A stretch of 64,000 nt of DNA from Octopus vulgaris (Eukaryota): the NCBI GenBank assembly GCA_951406725.2, contig OX597816.1, forward strand, positions 148,118,001-148,182,000, written 5' to 3'. The translations under genes and the position numbers were made by a program. This document shows positions 1 through 14,194 of this stretch, one piece after another. The notes beneath the pieces are model-generated. The model made no database searches, was not told the DNA's origin, and saw only the letters and a program-made list of their open reading frames with translations. Positions within the stretch are counted from its first letter, which is position 1. The number at the start of each line of letters is the position of its first letter.

Positions 1-874
1 CTTCTACGTGGGTTCCTCATTCTATATTCTCCCATGCCGCAATTTTCATTACCCTTATCATAAGCTTATTTTTATTTCATGCATTTACTATTTTAAATCA
101 TTCATTTAGTTTTTGTCTCGGGAGGGTCATTACACTAACAATAATAAACGCACTGTTTAATTTTTTGTAATATTCATCTGCCCTTGTTTTAATTTTAATC
201 TATATTTTTTTATTTCCATTTAAAATCTGTTTTAAACACTTGCAGAAAATTATATCTTATAAGATCTTTCTTATTATTAATATCCGTTTCCACAAAAATA
301 GACAATTTTCAAATTTTATTTGACTTCCCTTAATATCTATGTGTTTCCGTTTCGGTCAGTCGCATTCATCAAACAGACTTTTTGTAAAATAATTCCCTAG
401 CAACATGAAATGTTTATCAAATGAGTTCATAATCATTAATACTTATAAATACTTTTCAACTATCGCATTGTTCTAAATACGACTGCCTGATAAATGGTTA
501 TGTGAAAATCTAAGCTTCTATAAAATAATACATTCGTCATTCTTTGACACTGATGTACTATTTTAGCCAACTTTGCTTTGCACCTGTATTCACACACACA
601 CACAAACTCACAAATCCATGTATACATATGTGTGTGTGAGTGTTTGTGCGAGAGAGAGAGAGAGAGTGTGTGTGTGTGTGTGTGTGTGTGTATAATCAAT
701 TTCCCCTATGATATTGATTGAGCCTGTTAGTCTTTTCTACAACAGATAACACTAAATGTATATGTATATATATATATAACGCGAAATATACGTACATATA
801 TATATATAAATATGTATGTATATATAAATATGTATGTATGTATATATATATGTACGTATATTTCGCGTTATAAG

Positions 875-1834
875 TGAGAAGAAGAAGCGGATGATGTGCA
901 TTGAATTAAAGAAGGAAATTATCGGAAAATATGATCAAGGTGTAAGTGTAGTCGACATGGTGAGTAGTACGAGCGTAGCACTTCTACGATCTGCATCATA
1001 CTGAAACAGGAGTCGATAAACGCTATAACGCCAGTCAAGGGCTTTAAAATAATTTTTAAAAAAGCGGACGTCTATCCATTAAAATATGGAGAAGCTGCTG
1101 ATGGTGTGGTTGACGGAGAAGCCGCTCGCAGAAGATACCATGACGGAGGCTATAATATGTGAGAATGCACGAGGTATTTACGTTGATCTGCTGCAGCGAA
1201 CCCCAGGCACTTGTACAGACGAAGCATCGGGCGAGACGTTTAAAGCTAGTCGAGACTGGTTCGAGAAATTTAAAAAGAGGACCGGCATTCACGCACTTGT
1301 CAGGTATGGTAAGGCAGCGAGGGAGGATATGAAGATAGCTGAGGATTACGTCAAAAATTTGCCGAAATTATAGCAGCCAAAGTGAGGATGAAACACGTCA
1401 TTGGACAGGATTTTGTCGAAAACTCCTGCAGATTAAAGCGAGGAAAGCGTAGCAAAAAATGGCAAAAATCAGCGAATAAGATTCAGCTATTCAGTTCAGC
1501 ATTCCACCTCCACCTCTGTCAGCATCGTCAAGCCATCTGTTCTCCAAAGTCAATGCTGTATATGATACTTAATACAATCAGTTTATTGCAGTACATTCTA
1601 TTGAACATTCTATTGTTTTTGTTTGTTCTTTTTTACAATATTCGTTATTTATAAGTACCATTTTCTTATTTAAAAACACGTAACAAAAAAATTGCGGTGT
1701 TTTTTCGGGAACCCAGAAGGGATAAATGACATTTCAAATTATTTCAATGGGGAAATTTGATTTGACATAACAGTAATTTTGAGTTTCGATGTCCGTCACG
1801 GGACGAATTAAACTCGTATGTCAAGGTACCACAG
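875..1834 (+). mobile_element. Tigger/pogo DNA transposon remnant (CENP-B-type HTH domains, internally deleted)
   Basis: Degenerate KKKRMMCIELKKEIIGKYDQG, then ORF 1086-1373 MEKLLMVWL...FKASRDWFEKFKKRTGIH (TIGD1/CENP-B HTH). Right TIR-like end ctcgtatgtcaaggtaccacag followed by TA at 1835. No DDE domain seen. Confidence 0.85.
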
Positions 1835-1917
1835 TATATATATATATTTATACACACACACACACATATAAATTCGTCAGCCGTTACAGTTACGAGAAGC
1901 AAAGTCACATTAATATG

Positions 1918-3815
1918 CAGTACCGTGCAAAAAGTCTTCGACCACTTTAAACTATTGTAAATTTCTACTAATGGATAACTTGTAAGTGGATGTTTCGCAT
2001 TGCGTTTTCTGCAGATGAGATATTGGTCCTGTTGGAGTCATTTCTATATCCATTCATTTTATTTTGTAGTAGGGCTTCTGAATGAGAGGGAAAGATGCGA
2101 GACGACCACAAAAATCGGCTCTACAAAAGTATGCGGCCACCTCACATAAACCAATGAAGTTACAGTGTTTTAAAATAGAAAAATGTCTATAATGAAAAAG
2201 GTTGTGTGGATTTTTCTGGCGTACTTTTTTCTTTAGTTCTGTCCACATTTTCTCGATGATATTGAAGTCATGGTTCTGAGCTGGCCAATCTTTCAATACG
2301 GTAGCACCTTCATCAACCAGACTCTATTGATTGTGTTGCATGCGATCTGTGGCATGGAGCTCCGTCATGCTGAAAAATCTCACCTTCATCCAAGTCTGGT
2401 ATCCAATTTTCCTTGGCACTGAACCATCACTTTTTAAGTATCCCCAAATCATCAGACACTTACCCACAAATTTCTCTGTTTTCGTCGTGTAACGTGGGTT
2501 GTTTCGCTTTGTAATAAGCGAGAATTTATCAGAAGACCTCGAGGAAAGCGAAACGACCCATGTTACACGACGAAACCAGTGAAGTTTGAGGGTAAGTGTC
2601 TGATACTTTGAAGATACATAAAATCTGATGGTAAAATTTTTATTAAAGACATTTTTCTGTTTTAAAATGCTGAATCATGATTGGTTTATGTGAGGTTGCT
2701 GCAAACTTCTGCAGAGACGTGTTTGGTGGTCGTCTTGCATCTTCCCCTCCCATTCATGTCCCCTACTACAAAATATATGACTAGGTATGGAAATGACTCC
2801 AAAAGAGTCAATATCTCATCTATAAAAAATGCAATGCGAAACATCGACTTATACGAGGTTTGATCTATAAGTATACGGGCTGTTGCCGTAGTCACAAAGC
2901 TAAAACACGTATAGTAAAGCCGATTGGCAAAATTGATCTGGAACTCTACTGCGCACGCGCACTAAGTTTTAACGTTCTAACTCACTTCCGCTGTTTACAA
3001 CAGTGCTTAGAAGAAAGGTGGATAGCATGTGATTGTCGCATTGACCATTACAGAAGTTGTCATGGCAATACCTGCTCAGAGACCTACGCAAAGTTGCAGA
3101 AAGTGGAGAAAGTTGCAGAAAGTGGAGAGGAGTGTATGAGCCGCACACAAGTGTCCGAAAGGTTCAGACGGTTCCAAGATAGCCAAAAAAATGCCGATAT
3201 TGGCAAACGTTCTGGGAGACCCGCAACTAGCAGAACTTAGAAAAATATCGTAGATTTGATTGCAGCTGTGAGGGAAAATCGTTGAATCACCATAAGTGAG
3301 TTATCAGTGGTTGTGCAGATTAGTTACGCTTCTGTCCAGTCCATTATCACAGAAGATTTGAGTATGAGACGCGTGTCTGCCAAGTTTGTGCCCCAAACTG
3401 CTTTCTGCTGACCAAATAGTCACTCAGTTGCACAAGACCTCCTTGATTGTGTCCACAGGGATGAATGCGTTTTGAAAACTTTGTGTAGGCCTCTGGGCAG
3501 GTATCGCCAAGCTCTTCGCAAAACTTGATGCAGATTCACTGCTCAACGTTCTCTCTCATGGGCAATGCGACGATCACACGTTACACACCTTCCTTCCAAG
3601 CATTGCTGTAAACAGCGGAAGTGAGCTAAAACGTTACACTTTAGTGTGCATGCACAGCAGAGATCAAAGTCAATCTTTCAAGCGGCTTTAGTCTGCTTGC
3701 TCTAGCTTCGTTACTATCGCAACACCCCGGATACTTATAGATCATACCACATAAGTTGGTAACCAGTAGAAATTTACAGTAGTTTAAAGTAGCCAACGAC
3801 TTTTGCATGGTACTA
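1918..3815 (-). mobile_element. Tc1-like DNA transposon remnant hosting a nested mariner
   Basis: ~50 bp TIRs: cagtaccgtgcaaaaagtc...tttctact (1918-1969) and its diverged reverse complement at ~3765-3815. Minus-strand IFQHDGAPCH and DWPAQNHDFNIIEKMWTELKKKV (2200-2380) match the Tc1 DD34E region. Confidence 0.85.
2854..3751 (+). mobile_element. Non-autonomous mariner element with long TIRs
   Basis: TA on both sides; ~165 bp imperfect TIRs (2854-3020, 3588-3751). Internal SETYAKLQKV..GEECMSRTQVSERFRRF..RSGRPATS and IITEDLSMRRVSAKFVP match mariner HTH and linker motifs. Confidence 0.88.
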
Positions 3816-3893
3816 TATGTCTGTGTCTATCCGCGCGTTCGGACGGGTAGGCGTAGTCGAGTTGTTATAAAATTGTGATAGATATTTTCAATC

Positions 3894-3973
3894 GTAGGCG
3901 TAGGAGTGACTGTGTGGTAAGTGACACCTTGGGCAAGTGTCTTTTATCATAGCCTCGGGCCGACCAAATTCTA

Positions 3974-4032
<59 letters not shown>

Positions 4033-4261
4033 GTGTGTGTATATGTTTGTGTGTCTGTGTTTGCCCCCCCCCCCCCAACATCGCTTGACAACCGATGCTG
4101 GTGTGTTTATGTTCCCTTAACATAGCGGTTCGGCAAAAGAGACCGATAGAATAAGTACTAGGCTTACAAAGAATAAGTCCTGGGGTCGATTTGCTCGACT
4201 AAAGGCGGTGCTCCAGCATGGCCACAGTCAAATGACTGAAACAAGTAAAAGAGTAAAAGAA
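3894..4261 (+). mobile_element. tRNA-derived SINE family A with internal (TA)/(TG) microsatellite (B-box region deleted)
   Basis: Head aggcgtaggagtgactgtgtggtaag and tail gctccagcatggccacagtcaaatgactgaaacaagtaaaaga are shared with other copies in the window. Confidence 0.88.
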
Positions 4262-5502
4262 TCAAATATTTATATTTTAATAGTTTATCATTTGTAAACC
4301 ATTATCATCAAAACTTTTTCATATGAATGAAAATATCAAAGTTCATGAAGAATGTTATCATTCGATATAGGAAATCATATAAGTCTTCAACATCGTATAG
4401 AATAATAGATACCACATGGCACACTAAACTTCTCCTGCGTTTCAATAACCCAACGAAAACTTTATTTAAAGTATACAGTGTCGTAAAGCTTTTAACGATG
4501 TTTATTTTATGAATATTATAGGTATTGTACGAAGAAACAGGATATGATTTAATAGAAATATATTTATCAAATATGTCGATCTCAAGGCATAATGTTCTAC
4601 GTATAAAAGATAATGATTTCATCATGAAGAATTTTCACTTATGACATGTGTCCGCTACCTACAACCTTTTCTATTGTATGGGTGGTTTTGTCTCCTACAG
4701 CATTTTCTAGCATTTTAAAGAAAACAGCTGACATTTTCGATCGAATCTCCTGTGAGTCAACATGGGATCTCTTGACGACAATGTAAACTTCTTTCCATTA
4801 AGGTAAATTTGGCCCGACGAGTAGCTAGAAGATTCCTCCTCGTTTGGATAATTACCACTTCCGAAGTTCTGCTAGCTATATATATATATATCATCATCGT
4901 TAGCATCGTGTCTTTACTTTCGTGCAATTTACTATCACAACGAAGGTTTTTAGAATATTTGAATGCTTTTTTAGATCTTCTCATTTACACTGTAAAATGC
5001 ATATTACGTCTAAATCACCATACGAACTCAGATGTCTATTACGGTTAGTTTTTAACTGCTTTGGTTAATTCTTGACTGGATTTTTTATTTTTCCAATTGA
5101 GCATGAAATTTGATCTGCGAAACGAAGTCTCAATGACTTTATTCTTTCCCACGTTAAAATTATAGGAGGAATGTATCTACCACACTGCCACAATAAAGGA
5201 AGCGAAATGCGAGGAGAATCGTTATCGAGTTGGAGAAAATGCTCAGTGGTATTTCCCTCGATTCTTTTACGCTTTGTGTTCAAATTTTACCGAGGCCAAC
5301 TTTATGTCTCGTACCTTCGGGATAGTTGGAACAAATTATCAGTCAATACATGGATTGATTTTATCGACACTCAAAACCGGTTATAACAGAAAAGGGATAG
5401 CTAATTTGATAGACTATATACTGAGAACGATACTTACTAAAGTTGCACTCGGCATAGAAATGATTGAAATGAGTGACATGATTGAAACAATGAATATAGA
5501 TA

Positions 5503-5659
5503 GAGAGAGAGAAAGAGAGAGAGGGAGATACATACATACATAATGCATGCATACATACATACATGCATACATACATACATGCATACATACATACATACAT
5601 TCATACATATATACATACATACATACATACATACATACATACATACATACATACATACA

Positions 5660-5693
<34 letters not shown>

Positions 5694-5701
5694 CATACAT
5701 A
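5503..5701. repeat. Compound (GA)n/(CATA)n microsatellite
   Basis: Direct reading. Confidence 0.95.
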
Positions 5702-7980
5702 TGACTGTGCGTCTGTAGAATGTGCAGTCTACAGATTGTGCGCGAAAGCGCATAATTAATATTTCTCCTCTGAGTGGAAGGCAAATTTACCGATAATCAT
5801 TAGTGTTTGGCAAAGAGGAAAGGACATTTCAAATACATTAAAAAAGAATTAGAATCGCAATCTTTATTTATATGTCTAGGGTAAATTTAATCTTTGTGTG
5901 CAAGAATGTAAAAATAACAAGATAGTAGATCCTATTCGAGCCTGCTTCATCAGTTGTCAATTGCACATATAGAAAAAATTTATGAATTATAGATAGATAG
6001 AGAGAAAGAGAGAGGTGTGTGTGTGTGTAGTGTTTTTGTCTTGGTATGTTGCTAGGGGTTGGCAAAATTAATACCAATAAGAAAGAATCCTTAGAATAGA
6101 ACGTATATAGTCTTCATAATATGACAGCAGTTGTGAACTCCAAGTAGATTCGAAAATCACTTCACAGGACTTACAAATTCATTTATCACTAAAACGATTA
6201 ATTGCAGAAGTGAAAGCTTTCACAATACTAATAATGAAAGCTAACTACAGATTGTAAAATGAATAGTGGAAAGATTTAGTTCGTAAACCATAAAGCAAGT
6301 GAGATACTGCCAATGAAATTACACCATAGAGCTTTTGGTGATTACTGTGTTCAAGGGGATTTTGTTGCCAATGATATTTCAAATATGATAATAGATAACA
6401 GTCAACGTCCGTCTACAGCGATATGCTTTATTAAGAATTAAATTCAGGTAGTGAATCAGTGTTCAAGGTCTTTCGCACCTTCCTAATCAGTTGTAGTATT
6501 TATTACGTTTAGCATAATGGTTCGTAAGATAACACATATTAATCAACTAGCTTTCTCTGTAAATGCACTGAATGGTATTAGAAAGTATTAAAAACATCTT
6601 GTTAACTTTGATAACGATAACACGTTATGACGTCCGACGAAGCACATCGTATCTAGCCATCTCATACCACTCAATTGTAAGATGTATTCTTATTTTTGTA
6701 ATTATCTGAGATAAATGAACGAAGTACTCGTAATCTAACAGAATTATATAATCCCCACTGCGAACATTGTTTATGTGGTTGAAGAAACAAATATCGCTTT
6801 CCAGTACAATAGCAGCGGTGTGGCCGAAACGGGAGATTCTTGAAATGAATTGCTTTTAGATTTTATTTCTATTCTACAGTGCTCCTAGTTCAAATCCCAG
6901 TTACCATTTTTCCCCCATTTTCTGTCTGTACGAAAGATAAAATAAATATAAAACTTCGTTAGATCACTCAGACATAGAGCTATCTTGCTTTTCAGATCAG
7001 TGGCTCTCAGCCAATATAGGAAGTCTCTATTATTACAATGTGATAAGCACTTCTGGAGAAAATCCAAAATTCCAGCAATTCAAGGAAGACTTTGCCATTC
7101 ATTTATGCCACTGATGTTGAAAATCCACAACACCAAAAACTTAAATGTTCCGTTTTTACCACAAACAAAAACAAATAAATTATTATACTATAAAACCCTA
7201 CGATAAGTGTTCTATATAGATACGCATTTCTTATAACACGTTCTTTGCTATTATCATCTTTCTTCTAACACGTTTTCTTATAACACGTTCTTTGGTATTA
7301 TCATATTTATAAAAAAAGATATTATGACTTTTCTGTATTAATCAAACTATTGAATAGAATAGAATCGCTTGAGCCTGTAATAAACACGCTGAAAAAAACT
7401 TACTCGTGTGATACATTCCCTACACACAGATACGATGATGCAGATTATGTGGTTGAACTCCAGTTCTACACCGTGTACTGTTACAAAGGTATTCCAACGG
7501 AGCCGCGAGAATGTCATAGTTTCTCTTACATGATTACCTACTAGTGCTAACTTTTAGTTGTTAACGATAATTGAAGCGGCAAGACAAGAATATATACGGA
7601 CAAGAATTTGGTGGTGTGGTGGTGGTGATGGTTGTGGTGGTGGTGGTGGTGTTGGATGGTGACGGCAGCGGTGGTGATGGTAGTGGTGGCGGCGGCGGAG
7701 GTGAGGACGGCGACAATTACTATGATTTTAGAGAGTAAAATCTGCATTCGGAGAAAACTGTGAGGATTTGCGTCAACACCAACTTTTAGTCTGCTTTTGA
7801 AAAAGGAAAATTGAAGTCACCGCACTGTTACTGCATTATTTAACTCGACAAACATGAGCATATTAACGATTTTTTTTTTAAACATTTACAAAAACAGAAT
7901 AAAGTTAGTAATTTCAATCACAAAGTTTCACTCATAAGAAATTCTCCAGAGGCGCATTATAGGTTTATTATATATCGCCA

Positions 7981-8036
<56 letters not shown>

Positions 8037-8581
8037 TGCTCTGACGCAATACCAGACAGTGGCTCTCATGGCTTCTGATCTTAACTGATTGGAAGTGTTA
8101 TCATGTACATTGTTTGGTTTTGGTATAAAAGATGAGCTACAGTAAATATTCTGCGCAATACCACAGATTTGCTTGTCAGTTGTTTGACCGTAACCAGTTG
8201 AGCATGTCCCTTAGTGGCTGACGATATGTGCATCTCTGATCACGAGCAGAAGTAGTGGGGGAGCATCATAGCCATGTGTTGAGAGGGATTCTTTGGGGTT
8301 TGAATAATTCCCCTCTGGAAACATGGGTGTTTCGTTCAACATCCTTAAACAATCCTTATTCAGGGACCTTTTGACCTTTCGACCAGAAGAAAATTCTAAC
8401 TGGGCCCCAACTGCAAGGTCATGTGCTGTTTATCTTGATGTGAGATCAGCATGTCGCGCACATATGGTTGTGGTGCATGTGTCTGGTGTACCCTTATCAG
8501 GCGGGTAGTCATGATGGGTATACTGGGCTTCGTATATTTTACCCCAGAGTCACTTTGATGGCATGCACTGCTCTCTCACTC
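8037..8581. mobile_element. ~545 bp non-coding insert flanked on both sides by (TAA)n; probable non-autonomous retroelement
   Basis: GC-richer block sitting exactly between (TAA)n arrays at 7983-8036 and 8582-8648; no long ORF. Confidence 0.55.
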
Positions 8582-8677
<96 letters not shown>

Positions 8678-8742
8678 AAGAAGAATGATGATGATGATGA
8701 TGATAAGAACAACAACAACAATAATAAAAATACACGCAACCA

Positions 8743-8794
<52 letters not shown>

Positions 8795-9665
8795 GCATAT
8801 ACAGTGGTACTAAAATCGAGAAATTTGTGGTATATATATTGTCTTATCCACTCTGGTTACCTTACACAGAATGCAATGATACGTATTCATGAAAGCAAGG
8901 AAACAAAAATTACCATACACACATGAGCTGCTGTCTAACCCCAATAAAGGTTAAAATCCCCAAGGCGTATGTTTTAAAACTGAAATTCACTGTTTATGTA
9001 TTTTAATCTGCATCTTTATACCAAAAGCTATATTTATCAAATAAACACTACTTTTACAATTTTCCAGACTGAACATATTTAAGTAACCTACATACATGCT
9101 CAAATGCAACTGCTTTGCTTGTGACATTAATGTGCTTGAAAATGTCTGAAATGTTATGGCATCACACACCTCTGACATCCCAGACTTCTGCTAGACTTTT
9201 CTTATTAAAAATATTGAACAATAGGTTATAGCCAGAAAAAATATATTGACGGCGTTATTAGTAAAAGGAAAATATAAAACGATTGAAAACGAAAGAAACA
9301 TTTATCAAAATATTGTTTCCTTTTATATATTCATGGAAATTTTCAAAGTCGACAAAATATGAACTCTTGCTTTGCTTATACCATACGCCCGTGCGTGTAT
9401 AAGAGCGAGAGAAAGAAATTCAAGTTCTTCATCATGAAGTACAAACCGGACGCTCATATATTGACAAGATTTTGTTAGTTCGCCAAAAGTATTCTCGTTT
9501 TCCTCAACCTTTGACGGTACATAAACATCTGTTAGAATGTTGACTATTACATCTGAGTATTACATTTGTTCCTGGTACACATATATATATATATAATAAT
9601 AATAGGGAATATTATTCCAAACTTATAGGGAAAAATTCAATTTGGCAATACTAAATCAAATTTCA

Positions 9666-9696
<31 letters not shown>

Positions 9697-10854
9697 GATA
9701 TATATATATATATATATGGATGGATAGATGCAGGGATGCATGGGTGAGTGGGTACATATGTGTGTATGTATGCCTAAATGTTTGAAACCAATTTCAAGAA
9801 TGCCACTAGACGCTTGATGGACAGAGTGAAATCAATTATTAAGTCAATTTTTAAGATCTTATTGACTGGGCATTATGATAAAAGTTTTTCTTTTTTCTAT
9901 CCAGTGACGAACATTTTATTGTTGGATATTTATATTGTTGGAAAATGCGGGAAGATTCATGAACCGATGATTTGATGAGATGTATTACAGTTATAGTTAG
10001 AATTCTAAATATCAACATTTTGTTTTTCATTTAGGTAACAAATGAGTTTATTAGACAGGCAAACAAGTTTCACTGTAAGTAAGAGATGACGAATAGGTGA
10101 AGAAATACACAGAATAGAAGAACTGAAGAAAGAAAATAGAAAAAGGTAAAACAGGAAAGATTTTTTCGTTTTGTTTTCTTTTATAAACAGTAAAAATAAA
10201 GGAAAAGTAAACAAATTCTGAAAAAAATTTCACTTCTTTCAAACTTATATTTCAATCACCCTCGAAACCCACCAAAAGCAGTTTGTTAGATATCGCGTTA
10301 AAGCTAGACTATTCATCATACTACCCATAAAGAAAAATCCAATAAAGAAAAGAAGACAGTCACAAAATCTGTATCCAACAGAAAAACTTGAAAATAACCT
10401 TGGAGTTATCAATTTCTAGACGATTTCTATCAAACCTGTCTTTAAAGAACTTAAATATAATTAAAATGAAGCTCCATAAAAATCGGCTGCACAGATAAAA
10501 ATCAAGTTGCCATAACTATATAGAAACCTAATCTCAACATAGAGAGGAAAAGACTAGAAAAGAGACACATTGTATAATGCACTATAAAGCTTGCATGTAA
10601 AATACCCTAGAACTAAAATATTTGGAGTTTTTTGTTTATTTTTACTATAACATCTTCCACTTAAATATAAATATAACAAACTTGTAAATATAACAACATA
10701 GAAAGTTCCTATTCTACCACCCAGACTGTTCATAATTAAAAGTCATATCTCAAATAATCTTAATTCAACTAACGGCAATATGAGAAATGCGTACCCTCTA
10801 CTATGGAAACGTCTCAGTAAGGAAATTGTTGCGCTAAAATTTATTTCAACGCTT

Positions 10855-10902
10855 GACGATGATGATAATGATGATGATGACGACGACGACGACGACGACG
10901 AC

Positions 10903-10954
<52 letters not shown>

Positions 10955-11015
10955 GTGATGGTGGTGAGGATGATGATGGTGATGATGATGATGATGAGGA
11001 TGAGGAGGAGGAGGA
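10855..11015. repeat. (GAT/GAC/GAG)n trinucleotide microsatellite
   Basis: Direct reading; explains the poly-D, poly-M and poly-I ORFs. Confidence 0.95.
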
Positions 11016-11689
11016 CTACGCCGATGTTGAGGATTAGGTTAAGCACAAAGAGGAGAAGCAGGTCGAGACAAAAAAAAATGATTCTGACAAAATGATTCAT
11101 TACAAATATGATAAACAAGATTGAAAACAAATTGCAACCAAACTTACGATGACATTTATAATAATGAAATTCCAATGCTGTCGTTTCTGTTTATGTTGAC
11201 TACAGTCAACAGAATTAAATATGACGTAGCCTCTATTCACGCGTTGAACTAGGATTAATAGCTCTATTGGAACCCATCTTCCACCCAAGAATATGGGTGC
11301 CTTTGGTTCTCAAGGAATTTATCAACCTTCCAGACCGTCTACTCTTGCTATCGTACAGGTTCGCCACACAGTTCTTCTCTGAGCAAGTCCCATAGGGATT
11401 CGATTTAGTCACTGGCCACTCGACCATGAATAGTTAGGGCTAATTATAACCAGAACGTTTTAATCTATTTCTTGCATAAATCCTAAAAGGATTTTATCAA
11501 TCTTCAGAGAATTTTGACAGAGGAACAATCAGTGATATATGATTCGAAAACGGCGTTGATTTATTGGCTGGTTTAAAGGTAGAATTATTTGATTTCACCA
11601 GAATCTTAGATGTTGTTTCGCCTGAAAATTGTACGGTAACCAACTTTGAAATAATTAAGGTCACGTGTCAAATCAATACGGGCAACAAG

Positions 11690-12250
11690 CAAAGAAACAA
11701 CAGTAACATAGATGCAGTTCAAATTTAACTGAAATCAACGAATTTATTCAATTTCTTGGTTTCTGAAGTCAGCGAAAATTTAATATGCGAAGCAATGATC
11801 AAGGGACAAATTGTCAAAGCAACAAACAAATAAAGAAATGAGACTAAGATTTAGATAAGCAAGAAGAATGCAACGAATTACGACCTAAGGTTAATGTAAT
11901 GAATAACTTATATGTATTATATGGATATGAGATGTGAATATGCTAAAGAAAGGAAAGATGAGGTGAAATTGTCAGTATTTGATATGAGGTGTTTTTGCAA
12001 ATTTTTGACATATGGTGGAAACGCTATTGGTCCAACCAGTCAATATTAAAACAAGGAAATTTATAAGTTGGGAAAAGAGAAAGATTTAGAGAAATATGAT
12101 GAAGTAAAATCAGTGGTTCTATATAATTAGTATAATGACTGGCTTACTTGTAAACACATTCATGAAGGATACATGAAAAAGTAGCAAACAAAAAGTGACT
12201 AGCCAAATGATGTTAAGAGGTATACAGAGATGAGAATATTTGAATGCATA
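11690..12250 (+). mobile_element. Highly decayed RTE-like LINE RT C-terminal fragment
   Basis: YVLYGYEM...EVKLSVFDMRCFCKF resembles the RTE motif LLYGCETW...KL.VFEM.CLRRI. Confidence 0.45.
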
Positions 12251-12706
12251 AAGAAAGCGTAAGACCGAGAGGGTTGGAAAATATTGATAAAAAATATTCT
12301 CAAGTGTCCCAAGGCAGAAGTGCTATAGGAGTTACTGGTCACATTATTACAAATCATCGGCTTACCTGTAATTTCAAAATGTTTATAGATTCCTCTTTTC
12401 AAAATTCTCACCACGTCGAAGAAACATTTTTACTGAAGATAACGGATATTGAAAATATTGAAAATAAACACTATGGATGTGAACATTAGGTCCTGCACAA
12501 CACAGAAAAAAGATTACAAATTTTATCCTCGTACCAGCATCGCATCATTATTTACATATAAAATATATGAAAACGTCAGATATGCAATGGGCGAGGAAGG
12601 TGAAAGGAGTAAATTGTATGTTAGCAGCAAATGTAATAGAATTAGGAAAGGCATAACTATATCGTTGCTTCAAAAAAATGTAAAAACTAAGTATCGTAAA
12701 CCAATG

Positions 12707-13201
12707 CTCTTTTACTTGTTTCAGTTATTTGACAGCAGCCATGCTGAAGCACTGCCTTTAGTCGAGCAAATCGACCACAGGACTTATTCTTTGTAAGCCT
12801 AGTACTTATTCTATCGGGGTCTTTTGCCGAACCGTTAAGTTACGGAGGCGTAAACACATCAGCATGGGTTGTCGAGCGATGCTGGGGGGACAAACACAGA
12901 CACACAAACAAACACAATACACACACACACACACATATATATATATATGTATATATATATATGTGTGTGTGTATATATATATATATAAGTGTGTGTGTGT
13001 ATATATATATTTGTGTGTATATGTATATACATATATACGACGGGCTTCTTTCAGTTTCCGTCGACCAAATCCACTCACAAAGCTTTGGTCGACCCGAGGC
13101 TATAGTAGAAGACACTTGCCCAAAGTGCCACGCAGTGGGACTGAACCCGGAACCATGTGGCTGGTAAGCAAGCTACTTACCACACAGCCACTCTTGCACC
13201 T
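12707..13201 (-). mobile_element. SINE family A, near full length
   Basis: Reverse complement of the family A head (B-box-like ggttcagtccc), internal microsatellite and tail. Confidence 0.9.
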
Positions 13202-13811
13202 GAAGACTCCTTAATTATTTTGTAAATCAATGATGAGGAGCAGAGAGTAGGAAGATATCATAAGTTACCTCCCTCAAATCACATATCACAACATCTAAAA
13301 GAGATGAAAGTCAACCCCGAGACACCTTTATTCGATCATTGATGCCCTGTTTAACATGTTATACTTTTAGCTTTTTTTCGATTTGCACTGATAGTTTGAA
13401 ACGCTGAGAAAAAATATTTGTGTACCCCCTAAAGAGATCATGCTTTGTATTTAATCAGCTAATTATGCGATTGTGCTGTCTTGTATGTCTGACAGTAAGA
13501 TTGATTCGGTCACCATAGGGATACATTGTCTACTTCATGGAATCTCTTATCAAATTAATCATTAATAAATTAATAATTTAATACTTTAATTTGATTGATA
13601 GTTTGACAAGAATCGATCGATTAAAAGTTTTCAAATATCTAAAGTGACAGATCACTTTAATATATACAATGAGAGGAAAATGTTCAGAGAAAAGAATATA
13701 ATCATTAATAAGAGATTAACGTGCCCGAATGAGTGAGACTAAACAATCTAGTCAAAAATATCAGTCGTCAAATATCATAATACATTTCTATATTTAAGAG
13801 AGGAATTATGT

Positions 13812-13974
13812 ACATTATTTACATCTGATGGGTATTTGTCCATATCTTGTTTGTAGTTAACACAACGTTTTGGCTGACATACCCTCCAGCCTTCATCAGA
13901 TTTCTTGGGGAAATTTCGAATCAGGGTTCTCATTCCTAAGGTATTTTTCGATGTTGTTGTTGTTATTATTATTA

Positions 13975-14049
<75 letters not shown>

Positions 14050-14070
14050 TCACTGCTAGGAATCGAACCC
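13812..14070 (-). mobile_element. B-box + microsatellite + hammerhead element, left copy
   Basis: Inverted copy of 14080-14400; B-box complement ggaatcgaacc at 14059-14069. Confidence 0.75.
13859..13904 (-). ncRNA. Minimal type I hammerhead ribozyme motif (degenerate, G12A)
   Basis: Minus strand: CTGATGA-A-GGCTG(N10)CAGCC-aAAA-CG-TT-GTGTT. Confidence 0.7.
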
Positions 14071-14079
14071 TAAGTTTTC

Positions 14080-14101
14080 GGGTTCGATTCCAAGCAGTGA
14101 A

Positions 14102-14194
<93 letters not shown>

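Noticed and set aside
4300-5480. Possible decayed transposase on the minus strand (HFLQLDND...)
   Set aside because: No family motif could be assigned with confidence.
5925-6175. Two weak hammerhead-like strings on the minus strand (ctgatgaagcaggctcgaa; ctgtgaagtga..tcacaactgctgtc)
   Set aside because: Too many core and stem defects to distinguish from chance.
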